Source: Paraphysomonas bandaiensis
Taxonomy: Eukaryota; Protista; Chrysophyceae
DNA length: 64,000 nucleotides
NCBI GenBank assembly: GCA_965644295.1
Contig: CBFFRP010000076.1
Location: forward strand, 99,324-163,323
Direction of reading: 5' to 3'
Made by a program: the position numbers and the translations under genes. Each line of letters begins with the position of its first letter. The first letter of the stretch is position 1. Under the pieces are notes generated by a model that was given only the letters and a program-made list of their open reading frames with translations, was not told the origin of the DNA and did no database searches. Shown here one piece after another: positions 24,608 to 38,985 of the stretch.

Positions 24608-25345
24608 TTATGCGTGCTTCTCAAACTCTGCTATGACATGTTCAGGGGCTTGTACTAACTCGACAAGAACGCCTTCAGATCCAATAGGGTGCTGATCGTT
24701 GCCTTTGGGATGAATAAATGCAACATCGTAGCCAGCTGGCATACAAAGAATAAGCATTTATTCTGCTTACAGAGGCATGTGAAGTAAGAATACCTGCTCC
24801 CTTACGAATGCCACCCGGTGTAAATCTCACCCCCTTCGCGGTGAGAGAGTCATAAGCGGCGGGCAAATCATCCACCCAAAGGCCGATGTGATTAAGGGCA
24901 GGCACGTGAACCTACGAATGACACAAGTGACTTGGTGCAACGCCCTCCAATTACACCTACCTTTGGCGCTTTATTAGGGTCAATGGGCTGCATGATATCA
25001 AGTTCAACTGCAAGAGGTCCGGACCCCAACCGAAGTATGTCCTCATCGACATTCTCCTTCTACTTATGGAAGGTCAAACAACGAACACGTAACGCACCCC
25101 TTTACCTCTGACTTATACGATCCTGTCTTTGAAACGCCCATAATATTCTCCCAGAAATTGCTCAAAGACTAAACAAATATTAAACTATGCACAATAAGGA
25201 GTCAGCTGTGTACCGTCTTATTGAGGCCTCCGATAGCCACTTGCTGAAGACCCAACACACGAAACCCTCGAGCAGTTGAGAACTTCAAATGATGAGCATT
25301 TGATAGAGAGCGTCTGGAGATTAGTGACGAGGTCCTTGATAACAT
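24608..25345 (-). CDS. VOC/glyoxalase-family protein, copy 2
   Basis: Same sequence as 21594-22331, offset +3014. Confidence 0.85.
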
Positions 25346-25434
25346 GATACAAACAGTCACTAAAGATGCAATTGGAAAGAGTTTAAGTTTAATCTAGATG
25401 ATCGATCACCATGGTACCTACATACCTATACACA

Positions 25435-26458
25435 CATACATACATACATACATACATACATACATACATACATACATACATACATACATACATACATACA
25501 TACATACATACATACATACATACATACATACATACATACATACATACATACATACATACATACATACATACATACATACATACATACATACATACATACA
25601 TACATACATACATACATACATACATACATACATACATACATACATACATACATACATACATACATACATACATACATACATACATACATACATACATACA
25701 TACATACATACATACATACATACATACATACATACATACATACATACATACATACATACATACATACATACATACATACATACATACATACATACATACA
25801 TACATACATACATACATACATACATACATACATACATACATACATACATACATACATACATACATACATACATACATACATACATACATACATACATACA
25901 TACATACATACATACATACATACATACATACATACATACATACATACATACATACATACATACATACATACATACATACATACATACATACATACATACA
26001 TACATACATACATACATACATACATACATACATACACATACATACATACATACATACATACATACATACATACATACATACATACATACATACATACATA
26101 CATACATACATACATACATACATACATACATACATACATACATACATACATACATACATACATACATACATACATACATACATACATACATACATACATA
26201 CATACATACATACATACATACATACATACATACATACATACATACATACATACATACATACATACATACATACATACATACATACATACATACATACATA
26301 CATACATACATACATACATACATACATACATACATACATACATACATACATACATACATACATACATGCATACATACATACATACATACATACATACATA
26401 CCTACATACCTACATACATACATACATACCTACATACCTACATACCTACATACATACA

Positions 26459-26492
<34 letters not shown>

Positions 26493-26750
26493 CATACATA
26501 CATACATACATACATACATACATACATACATACATACATACATACATACATACATACATACATACATACATACATACATACATACATACATACATACATA
26601 CATACATACATACATACATACATACATACATACATACATACATACATACATACATACATACATACATACATACATACATACATACATACATACATACATA
26701 CATACATACATACATACATACATACATACATACATACATACATACATACA

Positions 26751-26784
<34 letters not shown>

Positions 26785-26786
26785 CA
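25435..26786. repeat. (CATA)n microsatellite, ~1.35 kb, with CCTA variant units
   Basis: Lies between divergent VOC copy 2 and the histidine kinase. Confidence 0.99.
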
Positions 26787-27101
26787 TGTACCTCTACACT
26801 TCGTACGTACTTTATATGTCGTAGGAATTTCTAGTACGTAGTCGTCCACACTGATGAGGGGGCATCTACGTAGTATTCAGTTTCAGGAGAGTTGTTCGGA
26901 TATGTGCGTATGTGAATTAGCTTCGCATCTGTATGTGTATGTGGGCGGCCATATATGTACATACGGGAATGATCCTCTCAGCTCATGTATGGGCAGGCAG
27001 TGCATGCTCTGTACGTATATATCACACAGACATCAAGCTATCAAATCTATCACTCTTAACTCAACAGTTGTTCCACTCTGCCCCTGTATGACCCATAGCA
27101 C

Positions 27102-29649
27102 ATGTTTCACTCCCTGTCAGTGGGTCGGATGAGCAGCTCTGTTAGTCCGGAGGGTAAACTACGGCGCATAAACAGTGAAGTCGTAAGAAACAACGAAAGA
27201 AAGTTACTGTTATTCCGGTGTTTAGTTCTCTTCTGTTTGTTCTCAGCAGCGTCTCTGTGCGGCTCTCTCTCTTATGTCCTCATTAGTCGATATCAGCACA
27301 ATAGTTTTCACAGTCAGTTCGAGTCAGTGACTGATACTCTGCACAGATCTGTTGACGACTTCGTATGTAAACACAAGTATTCAAGCGATGAAATCGCTAT
27401 ATTTGCGTCCCTCTATTGCAACATATCGAATGAGTGGCCAAACTGTGCTATTCCAAATTTTCATGTGTTTGAGGATGATATGTCAAGTGTTACTGGTGCG
27501 TCACACTCATCTGTTCTTCCAGTCGTTTACCCTGAGCATCAAGAAGACTTTGAAGATTACGCCATAGATTTCATTGCTAACGATCCATTTCTTTCACGAT
27601 TCCCACAGCTATACGACGCGTATAATATAAGTGGGGTGTTCAATATAACCGATGGTGAACCAGTACATGACACTGGAAAAGTGTCAACTAGCTCCCGGCG
27701 TTTTGTAACCCCCTTATTGAATACGGGGTCAAGTATAGCTTTAAATGGTGTTCTTTTGGCTAACGTGCGTGCTATTTCTTTTGTAGCTACAGCGATGGAC
27801 GCAATCATGGACTGCCACGAAGCTGGATATGAAAACTGCTCGAGCATGTCGGACTTCAATGACGATATCAGTGAATCACCCGATTCAACTGTTTTGCGTC
27901 CCATTGTGTCCGTTTCTAGCAGGAATATGATTGTAGGGTTTTCCACTGTAACATTTAACTGGGAAAGAGAACTTGAAAATATCTCTCCCGGCGTTTCTTC
28001 TGTCGAAGTGGTTCTATCAAGCAGCAAGGGTCGGACTCACACCTTTAGCGTAGATTCAGGGAAGGCTAAGTATAGAGGAGAGGGAGATCTGCACGACAGG
28101 CAATATTCTTATCTGCGAGCACGCTAAGCACAAATGCAGAGTCCGTGGAATATGTCATTCACACATATCCCACTCATAGATTTGCGAGTGACCACCTTTC
28201 CAATACACCGATCTATACCTCTGCGGGGAGTGTCGCTCTTATCGTATTTACCTCTATTATATTTTTTTCATATGACTACCTTGTAAAGGCCGAAGACCGT
28301 GCGAAGGCTCACCTATTAAAGATAAAACGTGATTTTGTGAGATTCATATCGCACGAAATTCGTACCCCCCTAAACACTGTTTCGGTGGGTCTCAGTATAA
28401 TGGAGGACACTATTCTGAAGAACCGAGAAATTCCATATGTTGACTATGTGGAGCTTAATCGAGATATGCAGTCTGGTGTAGAGGTTGCGGTCAGTGTGCT
28501 GAACGATCTGCTCAACTTTGACAAATTAGAGGCAGGAGAATTTCACATGTCGAGCTCTCCAATTCATATTTGGAACTTGGTCGAAGGTGTATCTCGTAGC
28601 TTTCGGAACACAGCATTACAAAAGGGTGTCACAATGTCATTTAAATTTGTCAATTCAACCCCCTTCCACAAGAAACTGGTCGTATTTGGAGACAGCATGA
28701 AGCTCTCTCAGGTCATTCGCAATCTAATTTCCAATGCTCTTAAGTTCACTGAGATGGGAGGTGTCATCGATGTTGCAGTTACGTGGAGTGGTCTACCGGA
28801 AGATAGTAAAGCAATGTTGGAGATGTCTAATAGCGATCATGATATCCTGGATGTACCGGCTGGAAAAATAACCGTCACAGTTAGGGACACCGGGTACGGC
28901 TTGTCACCAGAAAACCTACGCCTGCTCTTCAGGGACGGGATGCAATTCAAACCCAATGAGCTGCAGGCTGGACAAGGTAGCGGCCTTGGGCTTTTCCTCT
29001 CTTTCAAAATCGTGCAGATGCATGGCGGGTAAGTCATAAGGGTCATAGTTTTTTTTTCTTCCTGTATGGTATCAAGGCTAATGGAGGTTTGTATAAACTT
29101 AGGCGAATGTGGGCCACTTCAGAAGGAGAAATGAAAGGGTCTTGTTTTTTCGTTGAGCTTCCAACGTATACTACAAGGCGTAGTTTATCCGAGTCGTTCA
29201 ATAAACATCGTACCCCATGTGGTATCAGAAATGGGGATATGAAGTTCAACACGGCTTCTCTGGAGGGTCATTGCACGAAATTTGTTTTAGTTGTGGATGA
29301 TACGAATTCTAATCGCAAGATGGTTTGTCGAATCCTCCGCAATAAAGGTTATGAATGTGTGGAAGCCAAGGATGGTAAGGAGGCAATGGGCATAATTACT
29401 GATGGTGATCACACCTTCGATTGCATTCTGATGGACTTCGAAATGCCAGTTATGAACGGGCCGGATGCAACTAGAGAGCTTCGGGAACTCGGGTACACTT
29501 TGCCCATAATAGGACTTACCGGCAACGTTATGATAGATGACGTTCACTACTTCTTAAATTGTGGTGCTGACCAAGTGTTGGCAAAGCCGTTTCAGATTGA
29601 ACAGTTTATTAATATAATGGACCAATTGGAACCGCACACGCATGTATAG
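27102..29649 (+). CDS. Hybrid sensor histidine kinase (TM-extracellular sensor-TM-HisKA-HATPase-REC) with an apparent frameshift
   Basis: H-box FISHEIRTPLN, N-box NLISNALKF, G-boxes DTGYG and GSGLGL, receiver VLVVDD..ILMDFEMPVMNG..KP; intron 29029-29102; reading-frame break at ~28115-28127. Confidence 0.88.
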
Positions 29650-30354
29650 GACACGTGTATACGTATGTGTCAAATCTTGTAACTGTAAGTGGTTGATGTA
29701 TTTTTGTTCATGATAATATAGAGTTAGTAATTTAAAATTTTTATGATTTACTGGATCCCACGTGATATAGGTATTACATATTTATCCCCATTTTGTCTGA
29801 CCTGAATTGGGTTCAACAGATTAGCATCATTGAGTAAATATAGGCAATTAACTTCAACACAAATTAAATATAGGTTCGAATAGAAACTTAATTCTATCTT
29901 AATTATAATATTGACTGTGCTTTGAAAGTGATTTCATTAGATTACACATCACACACTTTTAAGAAAATCTCAAAGTGATGAGTCAACTTTCAAAATCAGA
30001 CTATCAAACGCTCCAAATTGAATTCCACCCCTTTCTAGTGTAGAAGATCATAGTGAGGATGTCAGCGCAAGCGCGTGATCGATCTGGAGAGATCAAGTGT
30101 CACATCTGATGCTGACGGAGCAATGATGTCTCCTTCCTGTCTCCCAGTCCTTTCAGGGTTTGGGTCATGTCGTGTATATTATATCATCCACAGATCATTC
30201 GAGTCAATTGCACTCTAGCAGGGGTCAAGCGTGATGTACGTAAAAGTGATGATGAAGCCAATGACAACAACTCATTATCTCATTAATGTAGGAATTAAGG
30301 CAGTTGCTATTTCCTCAGCATCCTTCTGTGGTAGGAGTAATATACCATATTACT

Positions 30355-30630
30355 ATTCACCACTATACCATATATATCACTATATATATATACCACTATA
30401 CCATCTCACTATACACCACAGTACCATCCCACTATATACCACTATACCATCTCACTATATACCACTATACCATCTCACTATATACCACTATACCATCCCA
30501 CTATTATATACCCATATACCATCTCAATATATGTCACTACACACTATCTCACTATATACATACATCACTTACCATCTAACTATGCTAATATACCCTCTCA
30601 TTATACATACCATACCATCTAACTATATAT
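30355..30630. repeat. Low-complexity tandem repeat (tataccactataccatctcac-like)
   Basis: Imperfect ~23-bp units. Confidence 0.8.
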
Positions 30631-31669
30631 TTGTTGTACTACCATGTTGTGCTATGTATAATATTACAAAGCTCTATATTATTGACTAAAATTAAAAATA
30701 CTTACAGGCGATAATCAACTGAACTTCTGGCACATTTACTAGAGTAATAATAGCTTCAAACTGCTCCCAGTGTCTACCCACTATTATATAATAGTGAGTT
30801 CCTCAATATAACTCCACCTCAGAAAACTGTCTACTGGAGGGGATATGAGGCTTCTCCTCTTGTCGGCTATACTCAATATTAGATACATAATTACACAAAC
30901 AAACATATACAAAAATTATACCTGATGCAAGCGAGAAGTACTTGGGGTGCACTGACTTATCCTTCCTGGTGGCGCACTTCTCTTCTTTCTTTTTTGTTAA
31001 CAAGATGATGATAGGTTCCATCATCATCGACGCATCCTACTGACAGTAACAATTTTTTTTGTCACCAGGAGAATACCTGATAGGGGTTGTTATCACCAGA
31101 CGATGACTCCACTTGGAGTCCTGATTGTACAGAAAAGTAAACACAAGGCATAATTTCTCTAATAATATAAGGAAAACAACACAATAGTAGTCATACACCG
31201 GGACTATAATTACGTGTCTGTAATAATTACTCTCTCAAAACAAACAAAATCAAAACTTTTGAGTACCTGCTTATAGATGTAATAATTTATTTGGAGAATA
31301 CTCATAATTTATTTCTTGTAAATTGATGATTTCCGTTACTAGTTGTTTGTTGTGTTCTACTTATTTATAGGTATTTGAATCATTACCGTTGCTTGTTTGA
31401 AGAATATTAGGTTAGGAATATACTACGTGTGTTACCTACTGATTAACATATATATTGCTGAAAAATAAAATCAGTGATATATATATGCATAAAATATCTA
31501 TGCAAGCTTTCTCCGTCCTGGCACATTTGGTGCCCACAGTGGGTGGCAATTCACTGTGGTGTCACACTTGTACTGTTGTGTAGACATTGATATGCCTCTC
31601 CATTGTTGTACTTGTATGTAAAAGCTGTGTTTGGTCCTGGCACATTCGGTACCCATAGTGGGAGGCGAT

Positions 31670-31927
31670 TCACTCCCGGATACTTGACTTCAGCATGCAG
31701 CCCAATACCCCGGATGCCCTTGAGGTGGGACCGTTCCCGATGCCTGTTTATTAGTCAACAGCCCAAAGACGTGTACATAAATTCGTGTCCCTTGTACCAC
31801 ACAAGCATTGGCTATCTGCTGACTTTATAATATGCGGCTCACGTTTTAGTCTCCCGGAGAAATATCTCCGGTACTTTTATCCCCCAGAACACCACACGAA
31901 AAGGTGCGAGCTCGACTTTGTTGAGGG
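31670..31927 (-). mobile_element. Family A terminal fragment
   Basis: cccggatgcccttgaggtggg...ccggagaaatatctccgg...ctttgttgaggg, matching 19765-20066. Confidence 0.75.
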
Positions 31928-32287
31928 AAATTAAATTTATAAATATCAATTTTTATCCTGAAACTACTTCGCGGACCTCAAATACACTGCTTATTTTCAG
32001 TATTACAATTGTCTCTTTCTCAACTTATAAACCTTGAACATAATTATGTAATTAATTCAAAAAATGGCAATGGTCTTCTCTATTCGAAACTGACATTCGT
32101 AAAGAATGGTAAAGTAAACAACTGAACATGAATATCTATATCATAATTTTATTTCATCAACTGAATTTATGTCATCTCAGATATAGCGATATCCTATACA
32201 GTCAAATTATTTCAGTTTATCTAACATAATTCCTATCATATATATATCAATAATTCATATTCTACAGTTGTCAATATTGTATTCTTT

Positions 32288-32548
32288 ATTAGTATATATA
32301 TGGCACTTGAAGACAATGTACGAGAATATAGAATATAGTGAAGTATGGTGATGTACAAATTGAGAAACTGAAATAATTTGCTCTTTCAAGATAATATATT
32401 TAGTAGAGCGAGAGATTCACACATGTAGAATGTAGATTATGCATTATGCGTGGAGCAAAAATGAGTTGTGTTGTTTGTCACAATTCGTGTAAAATGTAAA
32501 CGATAGTAATTAATCTATCTAGTCTAGCGACAAAATCTCTCTGACATT
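32288..32548 (+). mobile_element. Decayed solo LTR of the Copia family
   Basis: cacttgaagacaatgtacgagaata...tgagaaactgaaata...atctatctagtct matches the LTRs at 39969 and 63625. Confidence 0.8.
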
Positions 32549-32903
32549 CTTTAACTAATGATTATAATTCAAAGTACATAAAATACAGCTTCTATCTTTA
32601 TATCCTACGCAACAGCAGCAAGCCTTTCTATGTAAAATTAGTGCACCACAATATAACTTCTTACTTCTCATTCGCCATTATACCTATTGCACTAATGTTC
32701 AAATTTCTAGAGCATCATATAGAAACTTGAAGACGACTCAGTTGAGCCAAAACTATAGTCAAGAAGAGCATCAATCGATCCTTTAGCCCACCATTAAAAA
32801 GCCACAAATATTATAATGCTTCTTCTTATCATTAAGCCTCACATGATTTACAAAATTGCAACACTAATGTTACAACAATGCCATATCCCATCTTCTCTGT
32901 GTA

Positions 32904-34338
32904 CTACTTAAACAAGTCGTCCTCGTCCTGCACTGCCTCAACTGACCAATCTGTCACTCCCTGATCGACAGGCTCACTCTTCGTCAGTACTTGTTCTTTG
33001 CGCTTTTGTTCAGCAAGCGCATCCGCCTCAACACCTTCAATACCTGGCCTGAAATCCACATCAAACACCCTGCAAACATTAACCAATTAGTGCCATAAGC
33101 GATTACACATACAGAAACCTACATTTCCTTGTCCACCTCTTCCTGCGACATCCACACCTCAGGGTCGGGGCGTTTCTTTCGAATGGCGTGTTCTTCATTT
33201 TCTTGTATTTCTGCATCTGGAAAACCTATTGCATGTAGGATATAATCTGTCTCCTGGGCAATATAATTGCACATCTCTTCCTTCTCCTCCTGGGTGTAGT
33301 AGGGGTTTTTCGAGAGTACCTCCCATGCCTCTGACCCGAGCTTATATCCATCAGTGTTTGGCTTCACGGATTTAATTTGAGGGGTGACAGCACGTGCCAA
33401 TTGGCGTGTAGTACGGGGACGTGGAGTTCGAATGCGCTTGCGTTGATTTCCGAGCTCCTCGGTAAACATAACGGTGCCGTCTTTAGTTTTGTTAGCCTCC
33501 ACTAGCATGTGCGCTAAAAAGGAATCCAATCCATCAAGGGTACTACATACAGTTATTTAGAAGTTAGCACGCGATATATCACGAATTATAATTAAATCAA
33601 TGCCACCCGCAAGCATCAATACCTGTTATCGATTTCTTTCCCTTTTCTAGCCATATCCTCAAATGGCTCCATATTAGAAATCATGCTCTTGACTTCAGGT
33701 GGCACACCTGCTGACGGATTAGAAGATATTTCCACGTCGAATAGCTTGGTAGAAAATTTATCCTCGTTCTCATCATCCTTAGCCTTTTTCCGGGATTTGG
33801 GGGCATCGTCAACTGCGTCTTGGTTGTACTCGTCTTCATCTTCTGTTTTGTCCCCAGTTTTTACAATATATTCTGCCTGTCGCTCTGATATATCTTCGGC
33901 TACACCTTTTAAGTAGGACACATCAAGCCCATCGTCAACATCATCCACAGCGGCAAAGTCTTCCTTGTTCGGTGAATCAGCATACAAACTCTCGTGATCA
34001 ATATCAGCTAATAGTGATACATCGTGACGCATCTCGTAATCACTTGAATCGGAATCACTCAAGCCGATATCATCATCATCATTATCATTCCATGCAGCTT
34101 CTCTTTTCTTCCGACGATTTTGACTTGGTGGGCTTACTTCACCCAATAGTTTTGACCAGGGCTTCTTTGATTTGTCGTCCGAGACATTCTTGCCGCGTGC
34201 GTTCTGCAGATAAGACTGCATCGAACCTCTAGTGGCGCTGTTGCGGTCGAGATCTCTATCATCCACACACAGATATCGAAATATTTGTGATGCAGCGCGT
34301 GGTTTAAATCGTTTATGTTGTGATAGAAGAGCCTTCAT
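32904..34338 (-). CDS. Acidic protein of unknown function, about 3 exons, possibly organelle-targeted
   Basis: Three colinear ORFs separated by GT..AG introns (~33540-33623, ~33071-33118); basic N-terminus. Confidence 0.7.
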
Positions 34339-34980
34339 GTGATGCTGCGTCTAGAGGTGTCCTATAGATAGATATGGGGGGTTAAAGGACACTCAGGTGA
34401 TACGATAATAGACCACTGATGCAACTGATAGCAGAGTGGATCTGTTGGTTGGTTGCTACTAGCCTTAGCCTGTATATATATACTTCGGCATGTAAGAGCT
34501 GTTTGGAATGTCGCATATATGGATGTGTATATGCATGCATGTATGTGTGTGTGTGTATAGTCAGGCAATCAACACACAGCGCTGCTGTCAGCATACAACA
34601 ACCACACCATATATGCAGCTGCCGGTATACAGTGTATACACCTGTATATGTGCACCGACACACAGCACCATATACACACCTTCCGGTATACGTGGTATAC
34701 CATGGTATACTGGTGTAGTATTTCTATTAGGTCAGCGCCTGTATTCTAATAATACGATACACATACAGCCACCTCCTCACCGTTCGTTCACATGCATGTT
34801 TCCCCACAGTACGATATGATTGGTGGGTACTGTATACCCAGCTCTACATGGATTTCTATACATAATATTTTATTGGTGTGGATAGCAGTGTGTTGATGTT
34901 GATCATAACAGACAGACAAACACAAACCACTGATCAAATTTTCATAGCGCAATAGAACACTTATTGTGTGCATTGCAATC

Positions 34981-36267
34981 ATGTGTCAATCCAAAGCAAC
35001 AAATAAAGCTGCAGCGACCCGTGCGGCCCATCAGATCGATGCTCTTCAGTTGGGCTCTCTTCGTAAAGCTCTTCCAGAAGATGTGTTTGTTAAGAGCCTG
35101 GCCATGTCTCTCTATCACCTCTTCTTCGATTTATTCATGTGGATCGGGACTCTGACTGCAATGTATGCTCTTATTAAGTCAGATATATGGGCAACAATGC
35201 CGTTTTGGGGTCAAGCCGTTGCATCTTTTCTGTACTGGAATGTTGCCGGATTTTTTATGTGGTGTCTGTTTGTAAGTGTTCGTTATACACTAAACAAATT
35301 ATTAGTAACTGTCTATCGTAGGTGGTTGGTCACGACTGTGGGCACGGAACATTCTCTAATTATGAATGGCTTAATGATCTCATTGGTCATATCGTTCACG
35401 GCTCCATACTAGTACCCTACTGGCCGTGGCAGTTGAGGTAATTAGAACGCGACGACTACTTTTGGCTGTAACTCTATTTTATAGTCACCGTCGTCATCAC
35501 ATGTACCATAACCACGAGGTGAAGGACTATTCCCACCCTTGGATTACTCCTGAGCGCATGGCAAGACCGGACGAAGGAACCTCACGTTTTTTCCACAAGC
35601 ACAACTGGCTAATGGGCACTTTCCCTTACTATGGTTGGGCCGCATACTTGTATGGACTTCCTGATGGGAATCACTTTATTCCATTCCCCTGGCAGGTATG
35701 TACTAGCTTGTCTTGTCTCCTGTGATGTTCATGCTGTAACGAAATGTATAGAGAATGTGGGCTGAGTCTGAGTCCGCGGAGTACATCAAAGCGTTTATCA
35801 GCTCTGCTGTTGTGATTGCATATGCAACCGGCATATACCTTTTCTGTGGCGACTTTGTAAACTTCGCATACTACTACTTAGCTCCTATTGGAGTGTTTGG
35901 GTGGTGGCTAGTCACTGTGACCTATCTGCAGCACCACTCTCCGAACACCCTTGTGTACGGCGACGACACATGGAAGTACGTTGATGCTGCATTTGAAACG
36001 GTTGACAGGAAGTATGGGTTTGGTATCGATTACCTAAGTCACCATATTACTGATGGCCACGTTGTCCACCACTTGTTTTTTACCAAGATACCTCACTATA
36101 ACTTGTACCGAGCTACTGAGGCCATGAAGTCTTACCTCAAAGAGAACAATCTCGAGCATATGTACAAGTTTGAAGAGACCTATGACTTCTTCTACCGTGT
36201 ACATGCTTATTTTATGAAGTTCGGCTTCAAAGCAACCAAGTTCGGTGATTCAAAGAAACAAAAATAA
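34981..36267 (+). CDS. Omega-3/omega-6 (delta-12/15-type) fatty acid desaturase, multi-exon
   Basis: His boxes HDCGH, HRRHH and HVVHH; TYLQHH; FETVDRKYG; IPHYNL. Confidence 0.93.
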
Positions 36268-37487
36268 ATTACTTGTGTGAAGCTATGATATCGTTGTGGA
36301 AGGCAGTACATGAGCCACCACACTTCGTTTACTTTTTTATGGGCTGTTTATGATTTGTATTCATTTCACAATAAGCCCATCTGTTGAAGTTTAAATAAAG
36401 AGTTAACTGTGTTATTATGGCCTTTATTATCCTTATCTGTGCGATGAACGGAAGATAAAAGCTACTACCCACCATGAAGCCTTACAAGAAGGTACTGATG
36501 TGCCACTGGAAGGCGAGAACAATGATGATGTGTAATATGTAGTTATAGTAGTTACAATTTACAATTCGTAGTCTGATATATAAGGGAATACTATTCAACC
36601 TAGTCAAACATGTTGAATTACCTAGTCACGCTATTTTTTATTGACTATTGGCCATTTTCAGACAATGAAAATGGTTTTAAGAGAAGTTAAAGTTTATCAA
36701 ACTAGATAGATTATGTTATTATAATTGTATACACAATTGTGTTGTCAAGTAAAAACTCAAAAACAACATAATAATATAATTTGTTCGTGTCATTCACTGA
36801 TCAACTTCCGTATCTTGTACAGTCGAGGTACAATACTACAGTTATAGGTTATAGCTATATAGTTTGCTTCCTAGAGCTAGAGAATTGTATACCTGTACTG
36901 TTCGACACATCACCAGCACTCTCTCTCTATCCAACACACTCATAACACCGCTGCACTGTCATACACACGCACCTTACACTCTACCTCCTCCTCGAGAACC
37001 CCCAGACAAACCACCTCCCCTCCCTTCGTCTCTGATACCTTGCCGTCATCTCTCTTCCACACACACTCTATGCCTCAGCCTGTACCCCCCTGCACTAACG
37101 TACACACTAACAAGGGCAGCTGAGGACATCAGAGTCTCTCCTCCAGACCATCATGATCATCTCGTGCATAGATCTATCAGAGTACTCGACCTTGGCAGAC
37201 CTAGTTATATTACACAGTCTCACACTCCTCAATCAGATAGTGTGCCTCTTCTTGGATCATCACACTCCCTCTCGACTCCCACTCTTGCATGTGTCCTCTG
37301 CCGCTGGCTAAGACAGCAAAAGCTTCATCTACTGCTAGAAATAATTCCTACACTTGTAAGCATTCGTCTCCACAAGGAATCACCATATAGGTCCAGGAGG
37401 GTTCAAAGGACACAACAGCGACAACCCTGTAACCACCCCTCATACACTCACCAAGGGAAGGGATTTTCCTCCGACAATAGTAATGAC

Positions 37488-38354
37488 CAGGGCTGCGTAT
37501 CAATTATAATTGTCAATTTTTGAAATTGCTGCCATAGAGATTTCCTGCAGAAATAGGGGCTCCACATTTTCCGTGTTTGATTGCTACTTGCTTCTATCTA
37601 ATCATAATATGCGATCATTCGAGTTTGGTTCCGACGTGTTAAGTCTAATGTCAAGTGAAAAGGAGCATGCCAAGCTCGCGCAATACGGGAAGAATATGAA
37701 TTGTTTCAACTAGTGCCCTTACAATTACAGAAGTAAGGTTAACACCAGCTTGAGCTCCACGATGTTTGTATATTGTTTGACGAACTCTTCATAATGCACC
37801 CGATTGTTGAGCGGCATCTGGGCGACAGTGCTGCTATTATTCATAACACGCTGCTTTCGAAAAGACAGTCGTGAAGATTCAATGTGGCAACGAAGCCGTA
37901 AATCGGACGGCAAAGGATCAAAATAAAATATTTTTGCTCGATGAGGGAGAAGAAGATTATGACGGTGCGAGTCTAGTTCCGAATGACGACGCAGCGCAAC
38001 GTTTGATTGATGGTAGCAGGCAGCGGAAGCGGGCAAGACTTAACCAGCAAACTCGTTACCACAGCATGAAACACTTGCACGCCACAACCAATAAGGTGGA
38101 AAGAAGGTTGTTCAGTAGAGCTACGATTGTTATGACGGGCTTGCTCAAAAGCTAATTATAATTTTACGCATGAATCGTCGTCTCTGGAATGAAATGACAG
38201 TTGAGGTAGCTATATTGGCATCTAGTGTATTTTAGTACTAAATAATTGCAATGAATTGTAATGATTGAAATTGAGACAGCAAGTAATAATTGCAAAATTA
38301 TAATATTGACTACAACCTGATTCAATTAATTGATAATTAATTGATACGCAGCCT
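37488..38354. mobile_element. Family B element with decayed interior
   Basis: cagggctgcgtatcaatt ... aattgatacgcagcctt TIRs; 38057-38350 is homologous to 49365-49680. Confidence 0.7.
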
Positions 38355-38495
38355 TCTTGTTGGTAGTGTACGGAGACTACTATAGACAAACCAACTTTCC
38401 AAAAATAACCGCTCCACCACTTGCTTTGCTCACTGATTACTTTCCCGTCACAGCGCCACATTCCGCCTCTTCACCCACCTCTCAGACCACACGTA

Positions 38496-38656
38496 TAAGC
38501 ATATAAGTAGATGCTATGAACTCTTCGTACATGTATTTTCAGAAAGCCCAGTATCAATAAAAGGAGATATTTCACAGTGGATATATTGATACTGGGCTTT
38601 CTGAAATTTAAATACATGTACGAAGATTTCATAGCATCTGCTCATATATATGCTTA
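38496..38656. repeat. Long inverted repeat (~65-70 bp arms, short loop)
   Basis: gatgctatgaactcttcgtacatgtattttcagaaagcccagtatcaata pairs with tattgatactgggctttctgaaa..atacatgtacgaagatttcatagcatc. Confidence 0.9.
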
Positions 38657-38985
38657 CCTGTCAAATTATGACACAATTGGATGATTTACTAAGTTTACTG
38701 GACGTGTATTCACTCATTAATCTTATTATAAAATTATAATCAATATCTCTTCTCATTCATCAATTTCATGTTATCTCTACGACCAATCATTTCTTGTACG
38801 ATCTTACATCGTCATTATCTTGTATGATGATCACTATATTATATTCAGTTTCATTATTACTACAGTTGCCATCATGTTGTTAGTTCTCATAATACTGTTA
38901 ACCACTACTGTATTCTTCGACTAACGGTCATAATTCCAATACCTTAGAATTACAGCTTTTAATTGCTCCAACAGCAGAACTCAAC
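38657..38985. repeat. Repeat D, uninterrupted copy
   Basis: Colinear with 4588-5945 once the family A insertions are removed. Confidence 0.8.

Larger units (their letters stand above)
19646..25673. repeat. 3014-bp tandem segmental duplication (19646-22659 / 22660-25673)
   Basis: ORF-track pairs are offset by exactly 3014 (19678/22692, 20557/23571, 21661/24675, 22375/25389); junction at the end of a (CATA)n array. Confidence 0.95.

Noticed and set aside
29950-31600. Short ORF fragments possibly from a decayed transposon
   Set aside because: No recognisable motif or ends
36864-37523. 219-aa ORF / possible solo LTR
   Set aside because: Low-complexity, pyrimidine-skewed, no domain; termini and TSD could not be defined
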